Assembly (NCBI GenBank): GCA_002633005.1
Contig: NMRA01000031.1
Span: forward strand, 1,234,750-1,298,749
Length of the DNA stretch: 64,000 bases
Source of the DNA: Phoronis australis
Taxonomy: Eukaryota > Animalia > Phoronida
Direction: 5' to 3'
This document shows positions 25,901 through 40,900 of this stretch, one piece after another; position 1 is the first letter of the stretch, and every line of letters begins with the position of its first letter. A model generated the notes under the pieces. It saw only the letters and a list, made by a program, of their open reading frames with translations, did no database searches and was not told the DNA's origin. The position numbers were made by a program, and so were the translations under genes.

Positions 25901-28900
25901 AAACAGATCTATTTCTACAGGAATCTTCTCACAGGACCCTCACTCACCTGAGGGGAAAGGTGCCTGTACCTTATCAAAAGGGAATTTTCGCGGCGTTTTT
26001 TACTAAGAGGGGAATTTTTGCATTGTTTTTTACTTAGAGGGTAATTTTTGATGTTTATTTACTGCAATGCTTTTTATTATTTTATGCTTTCACAAATAAG
26101 CAAGTATCAACAACAATAACAACATGTGATGTATTACCATTGTCACACTGCTCAGCTTATGAAGCCAACGCCAAGACGATGGTTCGTTTTTGCACAAGCA
26201 CAGAACAATGGAGTAGTTCAAAAACATCCATCGGAGGAAAAAACTTCCGAAAGTACCTACTGAATACGTCACCATCTACCAACACCAAAAAGTGAGTGAA
26301 GCAATGTTTGTAAGGTTTTCAGCTTAACAATGTTTTTTCTCAAAACAGTGTATAGTGTCAAACATCCTCAAACTTAGCCATTCAGTCCTTCATCCACCTC
26401 AGTGAATAGACAAGAAGAGCACTGCTTAACTGTTCTTAGCTGACAGTGACAGTGTTGTTGTCCGCAGTGTCAGTGAATAATCCTGATGAGCAAGCTGCTC
26501 AAATGTGCTCCATTTTTGACTGCTTCTAAGAGGAGTGCACAGGAAGTTCATCAATGAAGACACTTTCCTGTGTTTTTAAGCTGCAAAGCATGGCTTTGTA
26601 CCATTCTCCTCTTGTAAAACGCGTTTGTGTGCCATTTTGAGCCGCAAGCAAATGGAAGTCTTCTTTACGTTTTGTGTTTTCAATACGCGAGTGTGAAGTA
26701 ACACAAAGCTGGTTCTAGCACTCCCGCATCGGACACTTGCTTTATAAGGAAACCAGTTAGTGACGGATCTGGTATCTGGCGGACTCGTGACTAAAGTCAG
26801 TGGGTTTGAACACCATATTTTTGCAGTTGCTCGAGACATGAGGGTTAATTCCTGAACATTCAGGGGGAATTTCTGACCCGACGAGGGGAATTTTGCATGA
26901 TTTCTAAATATTTTTGAAAGGGGAATGGTACAGATATTCGGTCCCAATTTTGTGGTACCGAGGGTCCTGTCTCACTGACTACCCATGCCTTAATAAGTAA
27001 ATCTCCCAGCGGCGTGATATACGTATCAGAAGGTGATATACAAGTATATTAGAGGTACGTAACCTATACGTACCTCCAGCAGGTGAGATTGGGAAGGATG
27101 GCGTGGCAGATCTACTAGGTGGTCTCTCTGGCTCTAGCTGGGCTATCCCCACTGGCTGCAGGCTGATCTTTTCTTCGTCCACGCGTGGCGGTGGCGCCTC
27201 CTGGAACACGAACACGAACTATTAGAGGGCTCCTGCCCATGAACAGACCAGCATGCATCAGTGTGTGAAACACGACTGATAGTCTCTCCATGTTAGCAAC
27301 TTCAGTTCAACAACATCCTGTCAACTGAGTCCACCAGCACTCTCACGTTACTCACCCACCATTGAAAATGTCAGCATTTGTTACAGGAACATGACATAAG
27401 CTGTTTTGCTTCATGCAATACACAGAGAACATCCAGCACTTCTTGGAGCTGAATCTATCTATAGAGACATAAACTATACAGGACACAATCTTTTTATGAA
27501 CCCGATTTAACCACACCTAACAAATGACGTCAACTTTCCTACTCAACCACTGGTAGACAGATGCTATGACGAGATAACCCCAAATCTCTCAACCTTACTG
27601 AAACATCTGACAAAAACTGCTTTACCGCTGTTTGTTTAACACCCCCTAGAGGGATACAAAAACACCGAATAAACAATCCACATTTAACATCTTCCTGAGA
27701 CAAGGAAGACAGATTTTGCTGCATGACTCTAAAGATTCAGCAGGACCAGCAACTTACCAGGTGATCAGAAGTTGAACTAACAGTAACCAGGCAACACAGA
27801 GCTGAGCTAAGACTTGCATTCTTAAGCTGATGCAGTTATACACACAAGTCATCCATCATCTGCTTTTCTTAGTTTAGACACATCTGTTTACATCAATAAT
27901 ACCAACTAATGTTAACATGCAGTTTCACCAGTCAGACCAATTGACAACACCTGCTTAAAGTTCAGTAGGTAAATTGCGGATTTATCTCGCTCTTCTTGGA
28001 CGAAAAGGGCAAAACTAATAACCTTTTCAAATTGACAGCCTCAGTTCAATAATTCGCAGCAGATGGGATGAGATAAAGTGATAGACACACAATTTGTACA
28101 GGAAGAAGTTCTAAAGGAAGTCTTGACTGTTTGAGTCTTGTAATCACTTAAGTCTAATAGTCCATTAACATAACACTTAATTACAGTGGAAGTGGTTTCG
28201 AGAGGAAGTTATTGCAGAGTAAGTGTCAGAGTAGAGAGGAGACACCATCAGCACAAGTTGACACCAATCTACCACATCAGGAGCTTGCTTCACAAAATGT
28301 TGTAACTTAACACAGAGTCTAAACGAAGACGTACACCAAAATTTCCAACAGGTTGTAAATCTCTGTTCAGGTGTAAAAGCGTAGTATCATTACAACATTC
28401 TAGAAAAGCAGGCCCATGAGATTGAACAGTTACTTTGCGTAAACCTCATCAGGACATAAGTCACCATGTAAACACCACAATTTACTGCAACAAAGTGAAA
28501 ACAACTAGCACCTTATTTCAGAGCAAGTCTCTTACCAAACAAATGCCGTTTTGCATTTCACAAGCAACATTGTACTTCAATTCAAAACCTGGCTTCACAA
28601 CTTTAAAGTTCACAAATGAATAATACATCCATCGCAAATTTTTCAGAAAATAGGTTCATTATTTCGAGTCTAAATAATAAACTTCCATAAGTAGCGTTGC
28701 ATTACTATATAACTCCACTTCTTAGCAACAAACGCCATCTGATGGAGTGGAGCCAAAAGACATCTTTACTTAAGTGTGTATTGTACCTTTCAGGTAAATG
28801 TCAGACATTAAAACTGATACTCAAAAATTAGCGAGTACGTATCAAGCCAAGTACAACACAGCTCGCATGATCAGGAGTGTCACATTTCGAAAAAAAAAAG

Positions 28901-31900
28901 AAGTGCCGACAATAAGCTATAAGTGGGTGCTAACCCAAATGAATGAAATAATTGGGAAATGTAGAATTTAGCAAAACAAATATGCTGTCACATATACCAC
29001 AGGTTCCCTTCAACCAATGAATTCACACACAGGATGGCTACGCCAACTCTTTCCATCATTCTGTATTCCAGCCAGGTTAGTCTGGCTGATGTAAGATGTA
29101 CCTAGGATAGCTGCACCAACGTGGTGTCCATCACTGTATGTAGTATAGCCAGGTACTTACCAGTTTAGTCTGGGTGATGTAAGAAGTTTGCGATGACGTC
29201 TGCTGACTGTTGCCAACTGATGCTTGCTGCAATCGCTGCTCCAAATCCTCCAGTTTCTTGGTAAAATCTGCAAGACATGGCGGGTTACCCTGTGTCAGCA
29301 TCAGTATTAAGTATGTACACACAAACATTACTTAACTTTATGAGCCATAAAAGGCCAGGTTTTGGTAGAGATCAGAAAGACAGCACAGATCATGACCTTT
29401 CTGTAACATGTCTAAAGTGACTACTAACTCGTCACCATCAAAGCACGTGATAATTCGCAATACAAAAGAATGATTTATATTTTACAGCATTCTATAAGTA
29501 AATGGAAAGTGAAAGTTTAAGTTATACTACTTGTTAATATAAATGACGAAACGGAAAATGAAACTATGTCTTCAGTTCTAAGCAGGAAGCAATAAATATC
29601 CACCAGCATTGTTGTGAATATTTCAGTTAAGTAATTAAATAATCGAGAATTAGTAGACGCAGTCATTTGCTTAGTAACTTGTTAAAACTGTCATAATTTC
29701 GGACACGGAACAATTATTTTCTTCAAAATGAGGTCTCTACGTATTCTATAACATTTATTTATAGGTTAAACAAAATAGTAGTGATTTCAGATACCAAGGA
29801 ATTGTTTGTCTCAAAATTAACAAGCTTATAACCAATCTGAAAAGGAGGTAGAATTTCTTTTAATCACCAAACTGAATTCATAATTAATATTTTCATATCG
29901 TAAATACAGTACCAGTGTCCCAAATCAAGGAGAGTTTAACTGTAACTATTTGTAGCAGACTAGTATCTACCTGTATTGGTCGGGACAGTTCTCGGCGAGG
30001 GTGGCCTGTCAACTGAGGAGAGATCAGTAACTCAAGAGATTACTCTAAAAACACAAGTGCCAGTTCACCATCAGCTGGGCTTAAATGGTGGCTGAAGCTT
30101 ATCTAAACTTGAAGAACTGAGTGCCAAATAAAGAGGCATGCGCCCAGTTGTATGAAACAGTCCCAAAAGGGAAAGAACCAAGTTCCCTAAATCTTTTGAG
30201 TAACTGTGTCACTCATTCTTTATTCACAGCTGTAATTCTTTCCAACCATTTTACCTTGATTATGAGGTTCTCGTTCACTAAAAACATATTCTGATAACAT
30301 GCTTAAAACTGTGCCCTTAGTTCCATGGAAATAGATAGGGACTTGGTTATTAAATAACGGGCGTAGCATGAAAAGATCTATAATTACCGGTATTTTCAAT
30401 AATATTGAGAATTTAATGCAGAGTTCACTCTCAATTTGTATCAAAGCCAAAACGTGACTTAGTAATGTAACTAAAACAACATAAGAAAGGACAATAAGTA
30501 ATTTTGAAAGTCCACAAATACGCTGTAGATTCAGGGAACTCGGTTTGAGTCCCTATTAAGGACGGTTTCATGCAACCGGGCAATGGACCACACTTCTTGC
30601 TATTCATTTCCACACGTTTTCCAAGATAAAATTTCCATTTTCCACAAGATATTTTAACATACATAATTTGGCAATCTTTGCTCAATAATGCCAAGTACGC
30701 TTTGCAACAGGATTCACAAAATGAGGTGTCTTCTTATTCCACAAAGTTTTCGTAATTTTTTAAATGTATTTCATTTTCCAAGGATATTTTTATCGTTTTA
30801 AGGGTTTCCAGGTTTTGCGTAGTGAGTGTGACCAAAAAAACATGCGGTGATGTTAGTACAATGTCATGAGTAGAAATGAAGTCTAGAATTGTTTTTTAGA
30901 AAAACGCAGTTATTGTAGTCTACACAGTTGTGACGAAGTGACTGCGAACAAGTAGCACCATAGGTGGCAGAGTACATAAGGCGCCGAACACGTGATAACA
31001 CACTTATTTACAACAGTAGAACTAAAGGCTTAAGAAATTAAAGGTTAAAAATGAAAAAAGCTTAAGGAAGCGAAACGAATAATTTACCGAAACAAAGTGA
31101 CATCCAAGTGCATTTGAGTAATTATTTATAAAAATTAAAAATCAGCCGACCTCTAGCTCAATGCATACTTACCTATTGCAGTATTTACTCGCTCCACACG
31201 GACGGGGGTTATATCAGTCTCCTTCTGCGTGTGGTACGACGAATGGCTAATGGTGTGGTAACTCTCCACAGGGGGAGTCTTGTTGACTTTGTAGGAGACT
31301 ACTGGCCGGTCGCGGTCGTACGATGTATCCGAGTGCTGGCGAGACAGTTTGCGACCATGTGAAGAGTACCACTCCCGATTGAGAGTGCGAGATTTCATGG
31401 CGTCTCTACTACTTGATCTCGCAGGAGTTGGCGGCTTACCAAACGACTGCTCATGAGTTTCCATAGTGTATTTTGTCTCACCAGGTATGAAGTTAGCTTG
31501 CTTTTCCTGAGGAGTAATCGTGACTGTGTACGAGACCGGCTGTTCAACAATAATTTGTTTCTCAGACTTAAATGTCCTACCCAACGTCGAATCAGGCACG
31601 TCAAAACTATGTCCATTACTGACCGCATTGTTCACGAAGCTCTGCTCATTTTCTAATATTTCGGACTCACTGGCCCTCCGTCTCGCGATTTTCGATTGCG
31701 CATTCTTGAGTTCCTCCACTAACTGCTTCTCCTGAGTCCTCCTCATCTCCCACAGAGGGCGCTCCTTCCTGGCCTGCAATTTCTGTTGTTGCTGCTCCAA
31801 CCAAGTCAAGCTCTCACTGCCGTCAGATGTACTGTAAGACCTGTTATGGGACTGTGTGTCATATGGGGCACTATAGTATGGCACTGACTGGAGGCGATCC

Positions 31901-34900
31901 CGACCCACTCCAGGGGTGACTGGTAGGGTGGGTGAAGGTGTACGCACACGTACCGACTCGTTCCAAGACTTCTGACCCGATTTCTCGTACCTTTCAATCG
32001 TCACGTGCTGTGTTTTTTGAGTGCTGGGGTCATTGTAGTTATACGACGTCTTCTTGACGCTGACAGTACCAGTCTCGCCATCTGGTGTGTTATAGTTGCG
32101 TTTCTCAGACATGGTACTGGTGACACCTTTACCAGATGGAGAGAACATCTGGTCACTCAACAAGTCCTTAAGGATGTCATCAAGCTCACTCTGTTCCTTG
32201 ACTAGTTGCTGCGAGCTGGTCTCCATGTGCCTGGCTGGTTGAGAGTACGGTTGTACTTGAGTCTGGACGACTGGTTGAGTGAACGACTGAACCTGACTCT
32301 CTCTCTGTACCGTCTCGGTGTGTCTGATTGGCTGACTGTAGGACTGCACGTGACTCTCTCGCTGTACCGTCTCTGTGTGTCGCGGACTCGTTTGATTCTT
32401 GGTCTCAATACTGATATTGACGTTGGGTGAGGCACTGGTGAACGAGGTCACTCCAATGCCACTTCCAGCTGTGTTGTAACCTAGGAGATGAGAAAATAAC
32501 AGACGTTTGACTATGGCAGGTTGGTTGGACAAGTATCGGTAAAAGAGGCATGAACCCTGCGTGCTGTGTCGGCTGAGGATATGCCTGCTGGAGGGTGTGA
32601 GTTATTTCAAAGTGGCTGTTACTATCTGAGTTTGGATGTATACAAAAAGTGAGAATAAAAAGATTGCAATAGACATTGGTGACCATATAATTTTCAACGT
32701 ACATGTGTTGGTCAAATGAGCTCTGAACAAAAATTACCAACAAAATATTAAGATTGCAAAACAATAGCTACCTAATAATCAGAGCAAGAGTTATGAAAAA
32801 CGATGAAAAATTATCCCCAGTTTTTTTCCTAAAAATTCTACTACAATGTCTATTCAAATCTAATGTAACACAGGACTTTCAGCAACGCAGGGACAAAGTC
32901 AATGAAAAGGCCAAAACAAATCATTTTGGGCAACAAAAGATGAACAACTGAGTATTCAATGTATGATAACTGTAATGGCAGAGAGGAGTGACATAAAAAG
33001 GACAAAACAACTACACATGCAAGTGCATAAAAGACTGAGCCAAGGTTATACACCACAAATGGAAGTTCTATAATTAGCAAGTACCAGACCATAAGAACAA
33101 GTTTATAAACTACAGAAGCACAATTAACCTACTTTTTATAAACAAATCTCTTCAAAAACACAAACTACATTGACAGTCACAAGCTACAATACTCACTCGT
33201 AACAAAACTAAAAGGTATACGAACACTTCAAAATTCAATTACGTCCAGCACAGGCAATAGAGATAAGATATTATAGGGGTTACAGATACAACCAGCATTG
33301 TGGTGACACCCATTAAGACTACAAAGATAATTGCCGAGTACAATTAGCAAATGTGGTAAACTAGCAAGGCCCAGTGCCATGTCCACGAGGCTACTATAGA
33401 TGTCACCAGCATACTTCCCACTACACTAACTTATTGTGAGAACTGTTTGCCGATAACTATGTGATGGGGTTATGTGATGCTGAGTAGTGATACTGGGGAA
33501 AAAAGAATGGACGCAGTCAGCAACAACACTGGAATGCTATGTAGTGTTGATTTTTGGTAACCATACTGAGATACCTGACTGTCTGTGACGGACACCCGGT
33601 ATGACCCCAATTTGCCCAAAAGATAATAAGATGGCATTAAACTATGTCAGGAAATGACTCGCAACTATTGTACCCATAATTTTTACATGTCGATTAATTA
33701 CCTACCCTTCAAAGGCTTCTAACATATTGTACAGTGCATGTCCAGAGCAACAATAATGCGTACAATTTCGCAGAAATTGTAAAATCAACAAGGCAAATTA
33801 CAGCACATATACAGAATATTTTGTTTAACGACGTTGCATCCCATTTGTAAACTAAAGCATATAGCGAAAGAGGCAAAAGGTAAAATGGCCACATGGGGTC
33901 TAGTAGAAGTCAGATCAGTCCAGAAACAAATGTCAACTGTGGTGCTGTCGAAAAAACACAACAAGCAAACTTCACAACATTTTCCAAGAGGTTCAGGAGA
34001 CAATGCTGATGGTCAGAAAGTCGCATGCCTAGACAGAAATGACAGTAGTATGCACCGTCAAAAGAACAGACATAAAAAGAACAGAACGTTTTGATCGTTC
34101 AATTGGCATGTACCGATTTACTGACCAATAAAGGAAATGCTAGCTACATGGCAACAACGTGCCTGTTTTCTCTACAATATAACAAAATATATTTCAAACG
34201 TTGATTGGTAAGTATGGTCAACACACCACTTGTGGCCATATCGCGTGACCTAATGAATATCAGCCTGAAAAGATTTCTACCCCAACCAGGATTTGAACCC
34301 AGGACCTTCTGCTCACCGTGCAGACGCTCTAGCCACTGAGCCATCAGAACCAGTGGTCGAACACAGAAATTCAATCAGACTTAATAGTGGGCATCTCTCC
34401 CTTGAACTAACTCCTGAATGTATATAAACATGTAATTCTTAAACCGGTGTGGAACTGCATATCACAAACATTTGTAAGTCACATCTGCGCGCCACCTGTG
34501 GCCACATCTTGTGACCCAATGAATTGAGTCTGGAAAGATTTGCGCCCCCAACCCATACTCGAATCCAGAACCTTATGTTTGCAATGACTAAGTTCCAGAA
34601 AACACTTAAATTGCTCGGTCTTGGAACACTTGACAAACTAAGTTGCCTGTTCACACAAACAGATATGCTTAGTTAACTACAAACGGGGGAAGGCGACACA
34701 AAATGACAAAATGAGCTCATTACTGTAAGAAAACAATGAATCGTAAAACGGTCTAAACTATTTGATCAAAATTTGGCTGAAATTAAAAGACCAGCGATGA
34801 CAAGCCAGTAATTCAGACTGATGATGATCGCCACACATCACATAACAAACAGGTCGTCTTAAGAAAAGCAAATAAAAACCTAGAATGAAAACTTTAAAAA

Positions 34901-37900
34901 TTCTTAAGTTACTCGCGAATGAACTGAAATTCTTTTGCTTCAAAGTTTTGCAGATTTTCGACGTGCAGAGACTTCAACAACTATTGTGGACACCAAAATC
35001 GCGCATTTTCATGTTGTTTCGTAAAACGCGTGCGATTTACTGTTGGCACGTCTTACCTGAAGTGGTGAGGAACTGACTTGAAGAGGATTGTGGTCCGTTC
35101 ACCATGACTGGTCCGTTCTGGGGGAGAGCCTTCCTGCCGACGGTAGCGTAGAGGCTGCCGTCAACTGGGCCGGCCTTGTGAGCCATGTGAGTCACGTTGA
35201 TGCTCGACTGAATGTGTTCTGGCTCAGCCTCGTTCAGATCTACCAATGAAAGTAATTGAAGTTTAAGAAGTTTGTTTGTAAAATGATCTGTGGCTGGCGG
35301 ACAGCATTCGTGACGTACCACCAAAAGCAAATAATTTTGATAAATCCAAAGACACTTGATCTGTTGTTTTTGTTGGTCACAGTTCTTAACAGCTTGTCCA
35401 TAGATGGAGCTATAAACTCCAAATAAGCAGATTACATGACCTATAAGCCACATTGTGAGACACCGACGCAGTCTAGACTAAACTTTAAGATATTTAGTTA
35501 TCTAGTAGCCGCTTCGAGTCATATTTTGAAAAAAAAATGTAAAAGAACAAATCTGAAGACAAACCAAATGTTCTGAGAGAAAAGTAAAATCAACGTGTCT
35601 GTTTTTGTGTTGATTTGAAGTTGCAGCAAAAAATATGACAACATTTAATTGGCACCTAGCAAATGCCTTGCGCCCATCATAAAAGTCAAATTCAAGTCAA
35701 CAATCATTTGTGTTTACACAACACTGTCCAGCTGGGAACAACATATAAACACAGAGAAAAGATTTTGGAAATGCCAAGTGACTACAATGTCTAAATTCCC
35801 ACAACTGACTGTTTCAATGGACACAGACAATTAGATACCTCCAATGAGATTTGTTAAATAGACAGCAAACTGTCTGAAGGTACGCAATTGGCTGTATCAA
35901 TACACACTAACTTGGTACATCCAATGAGATTTGTTCACAATGACACACAATGTCCTGTGAGACCAGTTTACCTGTATCTAAAGCAGCACTGTTGAAGTTC
36001 TCATAGGAGTCCCACCTAACCAAAGGGTCGGGCGTGTCATCAACAGACATCACACCATCATTGACCTCATGACCTACAAACAGAAAGCAGAGTTGTATAC
36101 CTTACTATTACTATTATTATTACAATCAACTCTTTAGTATTGCTGGAATTACTCTGTTCAGGACATGTTATGGTTGAAAAGAGCAATTTCATTTTGTCTC
36201 AATAAAAACATACAGTAAGAGAGTTGTTCTCTGTTGTTAGCACAGTGTTTTGCCACTAGACAACACTTGCTAAAAGTTGCTAAAAGTTTAACAGCTGCAG
36301 CAATGCAGACAACCTCTGAAAAAAAGACCACTTAAGTTATTTTTTTGTTCTAAATAACACTACTTTTGCTGCAATAGATATTTCCTAGCCAAATTGGATT
36401 GCATTGCTACAGTTATCTATATTTATTCCAAACCAAGAGATTAAACGACGGGTCTATGACAAACCAAACTTTAAAGCACTTAACAAGTGATTCTTAAAAG
36501 CCCAAGGTCTATTATTCTAACCACAATCTTATTGTAAGACTGTATTACAAATTCTGATTTTTCTAAAGCAAGTCTCACCTCAAGATGGCTCTGCTGGTTG
36601 TGGCAGCAATATCTATCTAGTAAGTTTTTTTAACTTCAGTTGACACGGTTCACTAGTTCATGAGGTTTGCACTGAACCAGTTTGAACTGACCAGTACGAG
36701 CAGTGCTTACCATGGATTTCATGAGGAGTGGGCGAAAACCTAAACTCCACCTTAGAATAGACTGGGAACCTTGGATCGATGCAGGCGTCGTCAAGGTCCG
36801 ACTTGGTGAAGACTAGAGCATAGTCCGAAATAGCACATGTATGGAACTGACAACGAAAGATGACGTCGCGCGTCGAGGATCCATACTTTTTGTGATAACA
36901 CTTCACGAGGATATCACCTCTAAGCAGGAGAGGCTGCTTCAGGTTGAAGCAGACGTGTGCACTGTGGTCAATAAGGTTACTGCAAACGATAAATACACAT
37001 CTTCAACATGCGACCTTCTGACCCATTGAAACTGCATATTTCTGTATAAACACATGCTTGTTTATCATTAGCCTGTTGTAAAATGAAGAATTCCTGAGAC
37101 AGTGTCTGCAAAAACAGTAACTGCATGCTTGTTGAAATATTGAACAGAAGACTCTGTAATTTTGGGCATATATTAGCATAATTTTTTTGCCCAGGGTTGC
37201 ATATTTGACAGGACTAACGTCCAGTGTGAGACTTAAAATTTTTTCCTCTTGAATAATGAGTGCCTTTCCCATCCTGAATAAATTAATGAATGAAAGTCAA
37301 ACAAAGTTTTTATATACACACAGTATTTCCAAGTTAAGAAAAACTACTTCAGCCCATCAAGTGAAAACAAAGAAGAACTAAAATTTCAAATGTATTAATT
37401 TTATGGCCAGCCCTTTGAAACTGTACAATTCAAAAGCAGAGGCAATGTTTTAAAATTTTCTAAAAAAATTGATAATCATTTAGTGTGCGTGGAAAATTAA
37501 CTGTTATAAGCGCAAGCCAAGAGAGAAGAGGACTGCCCTTTGCTTTGAGCAACTGGACAGTCACGCTGTACAATTTTTTCCAAGGTTCATGCGGCTGTTA
37601 TATCGCACAAAACACAATCCACCAACAGAGGTCTCCCCTAGTTGCACTCACTGGACACCTGAGGTGAAGATAGGCTGCATTCCTTGGTAGACCTTAATGA
37701 ACGGTCGACAGCGGGCGGGCCCATCGTAGTTAGGTATCCCGTGAATGTAGACTTGCTGGAGATAGAATGGATTGCTGTTGATCTTGATAGCACCAGACAG
37801 CAGGCCAGAGAAGTAGCGGACATAACGAAGCTGAGAGGGCTGGGTGACTGTTGCAAGCTTCTCAGAGTAAAACCTCTTCATAGCCAACGAGTCCAGAGCT

Positions 37901-40900
37901 TGGTCACCACTAGAAACAATAGCAATAATAAATGCAATAAGATTATATTCTAACAAATTAGTAAAGACACATCAAGATCATTCATGGAATCAAAAACATT
38001 TCAACCAGAACCCTAGTCAAAATTTAAATTTGAATGTGGTTCTGCAACTGTGGTCCATTTTTGTGTCAAGTACAAACGTCATGGCTTGAGCGCTCAGTGG
38101 TATCATGCAGCTAGTCACAGAGATGAGTTCATTGTACAATAAAGCTCGTATAACTAAGATATGCATATTTTCGAATAAATCAGACCAAGTTCTACGATAA
38201 GGTTGTTTTGGACCAGGCACTCAGCCCTTCAAATTAGTTGAATTTCGCACTACGTGGATGAAACATAATGGTCCAGAAGAATCCGACACAATATTTATTA
38301 AATGTAAACCATCTACCTGGAACAAATATTGCTGTAATGCATGTAGGCAGAAACAACAACCCCTGTCCGACCTTTGCCCCCTTTGCAATGTATCACTACA
38401 ACGTGCTGGTTATCCGAGTTCAACCATGAGTCAATAGCCTTGCAGATGCTGCACAGCCTCTCCAGAGGGGGCGCTAGGTGGTCAGGCCACCCAAAGTCCA
38501 GTACCTGCAACATAGATTTTAATTAAATGACAACAAATAAATATTTGAATCAATTTTAACTGGATAATAGTTAACACTTGGTTGATCAAAGCAACAGAGT
38601 TTATTCATATGTACCGCGTCAATTAATATTTATTTTCTTTCAAACTACTGCTGAGCGTGTATAAGTTTGTTTTGATGACAATATGACTTAACTGCACTTT
38701 TTCAACTTCTTTTCACTTAAATAGTTATCGCATGATAGTTCTGACCTACACCTAATCAAGTTGAGGAAAAGATGTGTGACAGCCACAACAAAATCTGTGG
38801 AGCTGTGTGATTACCTGTTGGTTAAACTTGCCAATATCGTAACGCCTCTCCGAGAGGTTAATGATCAAATAATTTTCCCCATGTCGTTCCCGTAGCATGC
38901 CAGCCACTTCCTTTATGTTGTTGCGGTATACGGCTTCGAACCCTTTAGCCGGGCATGACATGGCTGAAAACAACACATAACCATGAAACACACTAGAGGG
39001 GAGAGATGTTGTAAACCTGATGCTGGACTACATCACTGGTTCTTAGCATTACTTTGCTTCTAAATAACAACCTTATTCTGGCCATTCTTCCCATTACTCA
39101 TCCATGTTGACATGTGAGCACAGAAAAAATCTGACATAATATAGCTCTGCACTTCACAATCATGACTTTGGGTCAGAGTGCTTAGCTTTCATCAATTTGA
39201 CATTTTTCAGCTTTCTTCAGCGTAATTAGATTAAAATGTTGATTGAACAATGATGTTTTTCTTTTCAAAAAGTGTTGTTTTAAGTCTCTTCCCAAAGTAC
39301 TCAGTATTCTGTGTTGCCTATCTACAGTAAACTAATGATTGACAGGTAAGACCACTGTGATTGACAGGTAAGTCCACTCACCAGAACCACACTAATCCTT
39401 GGAAACAAACAGTTACATAACTGCTTAAATGTCCCCACTGTTTCATTTGAAGTAGATAAATACATACAACTTCAAGGCAGACAATCACAAGGTGATGAGA
39501 CTCACAAGATGATTCGTTGTTAAGTATCCATAGGGTGCCAATTCGCAGCAGAACATTGCAAGTTAAAGGACCTGTTCTTCTTTAAAAGTAATCCCAACCA
39601 TTCATCAAATATGGATTGACATTTCCTACATCTACTTTTCAAATCCTGACGTAGTTACCCGGATTCAAAACCATGGGACAATTTCCTTGACAAATTCCTA
39701 ATGGAAAATAGTCGGATATAATGTGCCCACAATTTGAGAACCAGTTTGGTGCCCATTAGTCAATGGTGAAAACTGGTTCTCAAAATGTGGACACATTATA
39801 TTTGACTATTACCTATCTAACATTCTATTTACTTTTTTAACTCTTGCGAATGTGACCATCTCATTCATAGTTTTACTACATGAAACGTGACATGGCCTGG
39901 AAAATATCTATCTTCAACTTTCATTGGTTGAAATATGACTTATATTTACCGCTGCAAAATTTCGCCTTGCTTTAGTCTAGTAGTTGTCATGTCAAGGAAT
40001 CTGCATGTCACGTGACCGTGTTCAGAATGCATGACAAACGAAATGAAAATGTCCGACAGGCCACCCATCAGTTATGTACTTAATTACAGTTCACAGTTTC
40101 CTAGCCATCCAATTAAATTGTACATGAGCGTCCAACCATATTCTTATCGTCACAAGTTCATGACACTCTCCTGTTACGGCACGAGAGCGAGAATTTTTCC
40201 TACTCGCTCCTTTTGCAAATATTTTGAAATCTATGACCGAATATCAGTTTGAGTCAGTACGTATACACTATAAGGACATTTTGGTGTTCCAAAGGTTGTA
40301 AAGTTTAGATTAGCTCTCAAAACACTGTTTAAATGGTAGCAGAAATGTGACACTCTGTTTGATTGAAAGTAGAGGGAACTATGAAAACACACACAACTCA
40401 TCTTCAGGCCTTAAACTACACTTAAACAAGAAAACAGAAGATCGATTCGTTTTTATTATTCTGTATAAATAGCACCACCCCCTTTAGCAGGGCATTCCAA
40501 ATCTCCCGACGACTGATAAGGGCAGTGGGAGTGGCTGTTCTCTGTCATACATCACAAAGTCACATTATGCGCTCAACACTTACTGGCACTTCATTAACAT
40601 ATTGCCAACATAATTAAAACATTGCCCATCGCTAATAACGACCATCACAACTAGGTCACTGATCTGTGTAAAGTGACGTTCTTCATGCAAATAAGGTGCT
40701 GGCTAGACATTAAAACACCGTATAACCGTTCTCCCGAGAGCTCATTTGATCGATTGATTTCATCAATCTTTTTTACGGAAATTTCCTCGGTAATCTCTGT
40801 TCAGAGTGGCTATACCGGCATAGCACGAATTTTGAGAGAAAAAATTGTGAGACAATCCAGTGAAATTTGGACCCTAGACTAACAATCCAAGACAAAAAAC

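Noticed and set aside
26482-26505. CTGATGA followed by a short stem
   Set aside because: No GAAA after stem II and no stem I, so not a hammerhead
32520-33620. Possible extra small tensin exons (near 32530-32625, 33431-33492, 33576-33620)
   Set aside because: Could not find a phase-consistent pair of splice sites; the model is complete without them
34279-34351. Functional tRNA gene
   Set aside because: Acceptor stem mispaired and the tail is shared with a second copy, so called as a SINE
38313-38991. PTEN gene
   Set aside because: Tensin-specific motifs and in-frame continuation to SH2-PTB identify tensin
40381-40410. CTGAAGATGAG on the minus strand as a third hammerhead
   Set aside because: No closing stem II or GAAA
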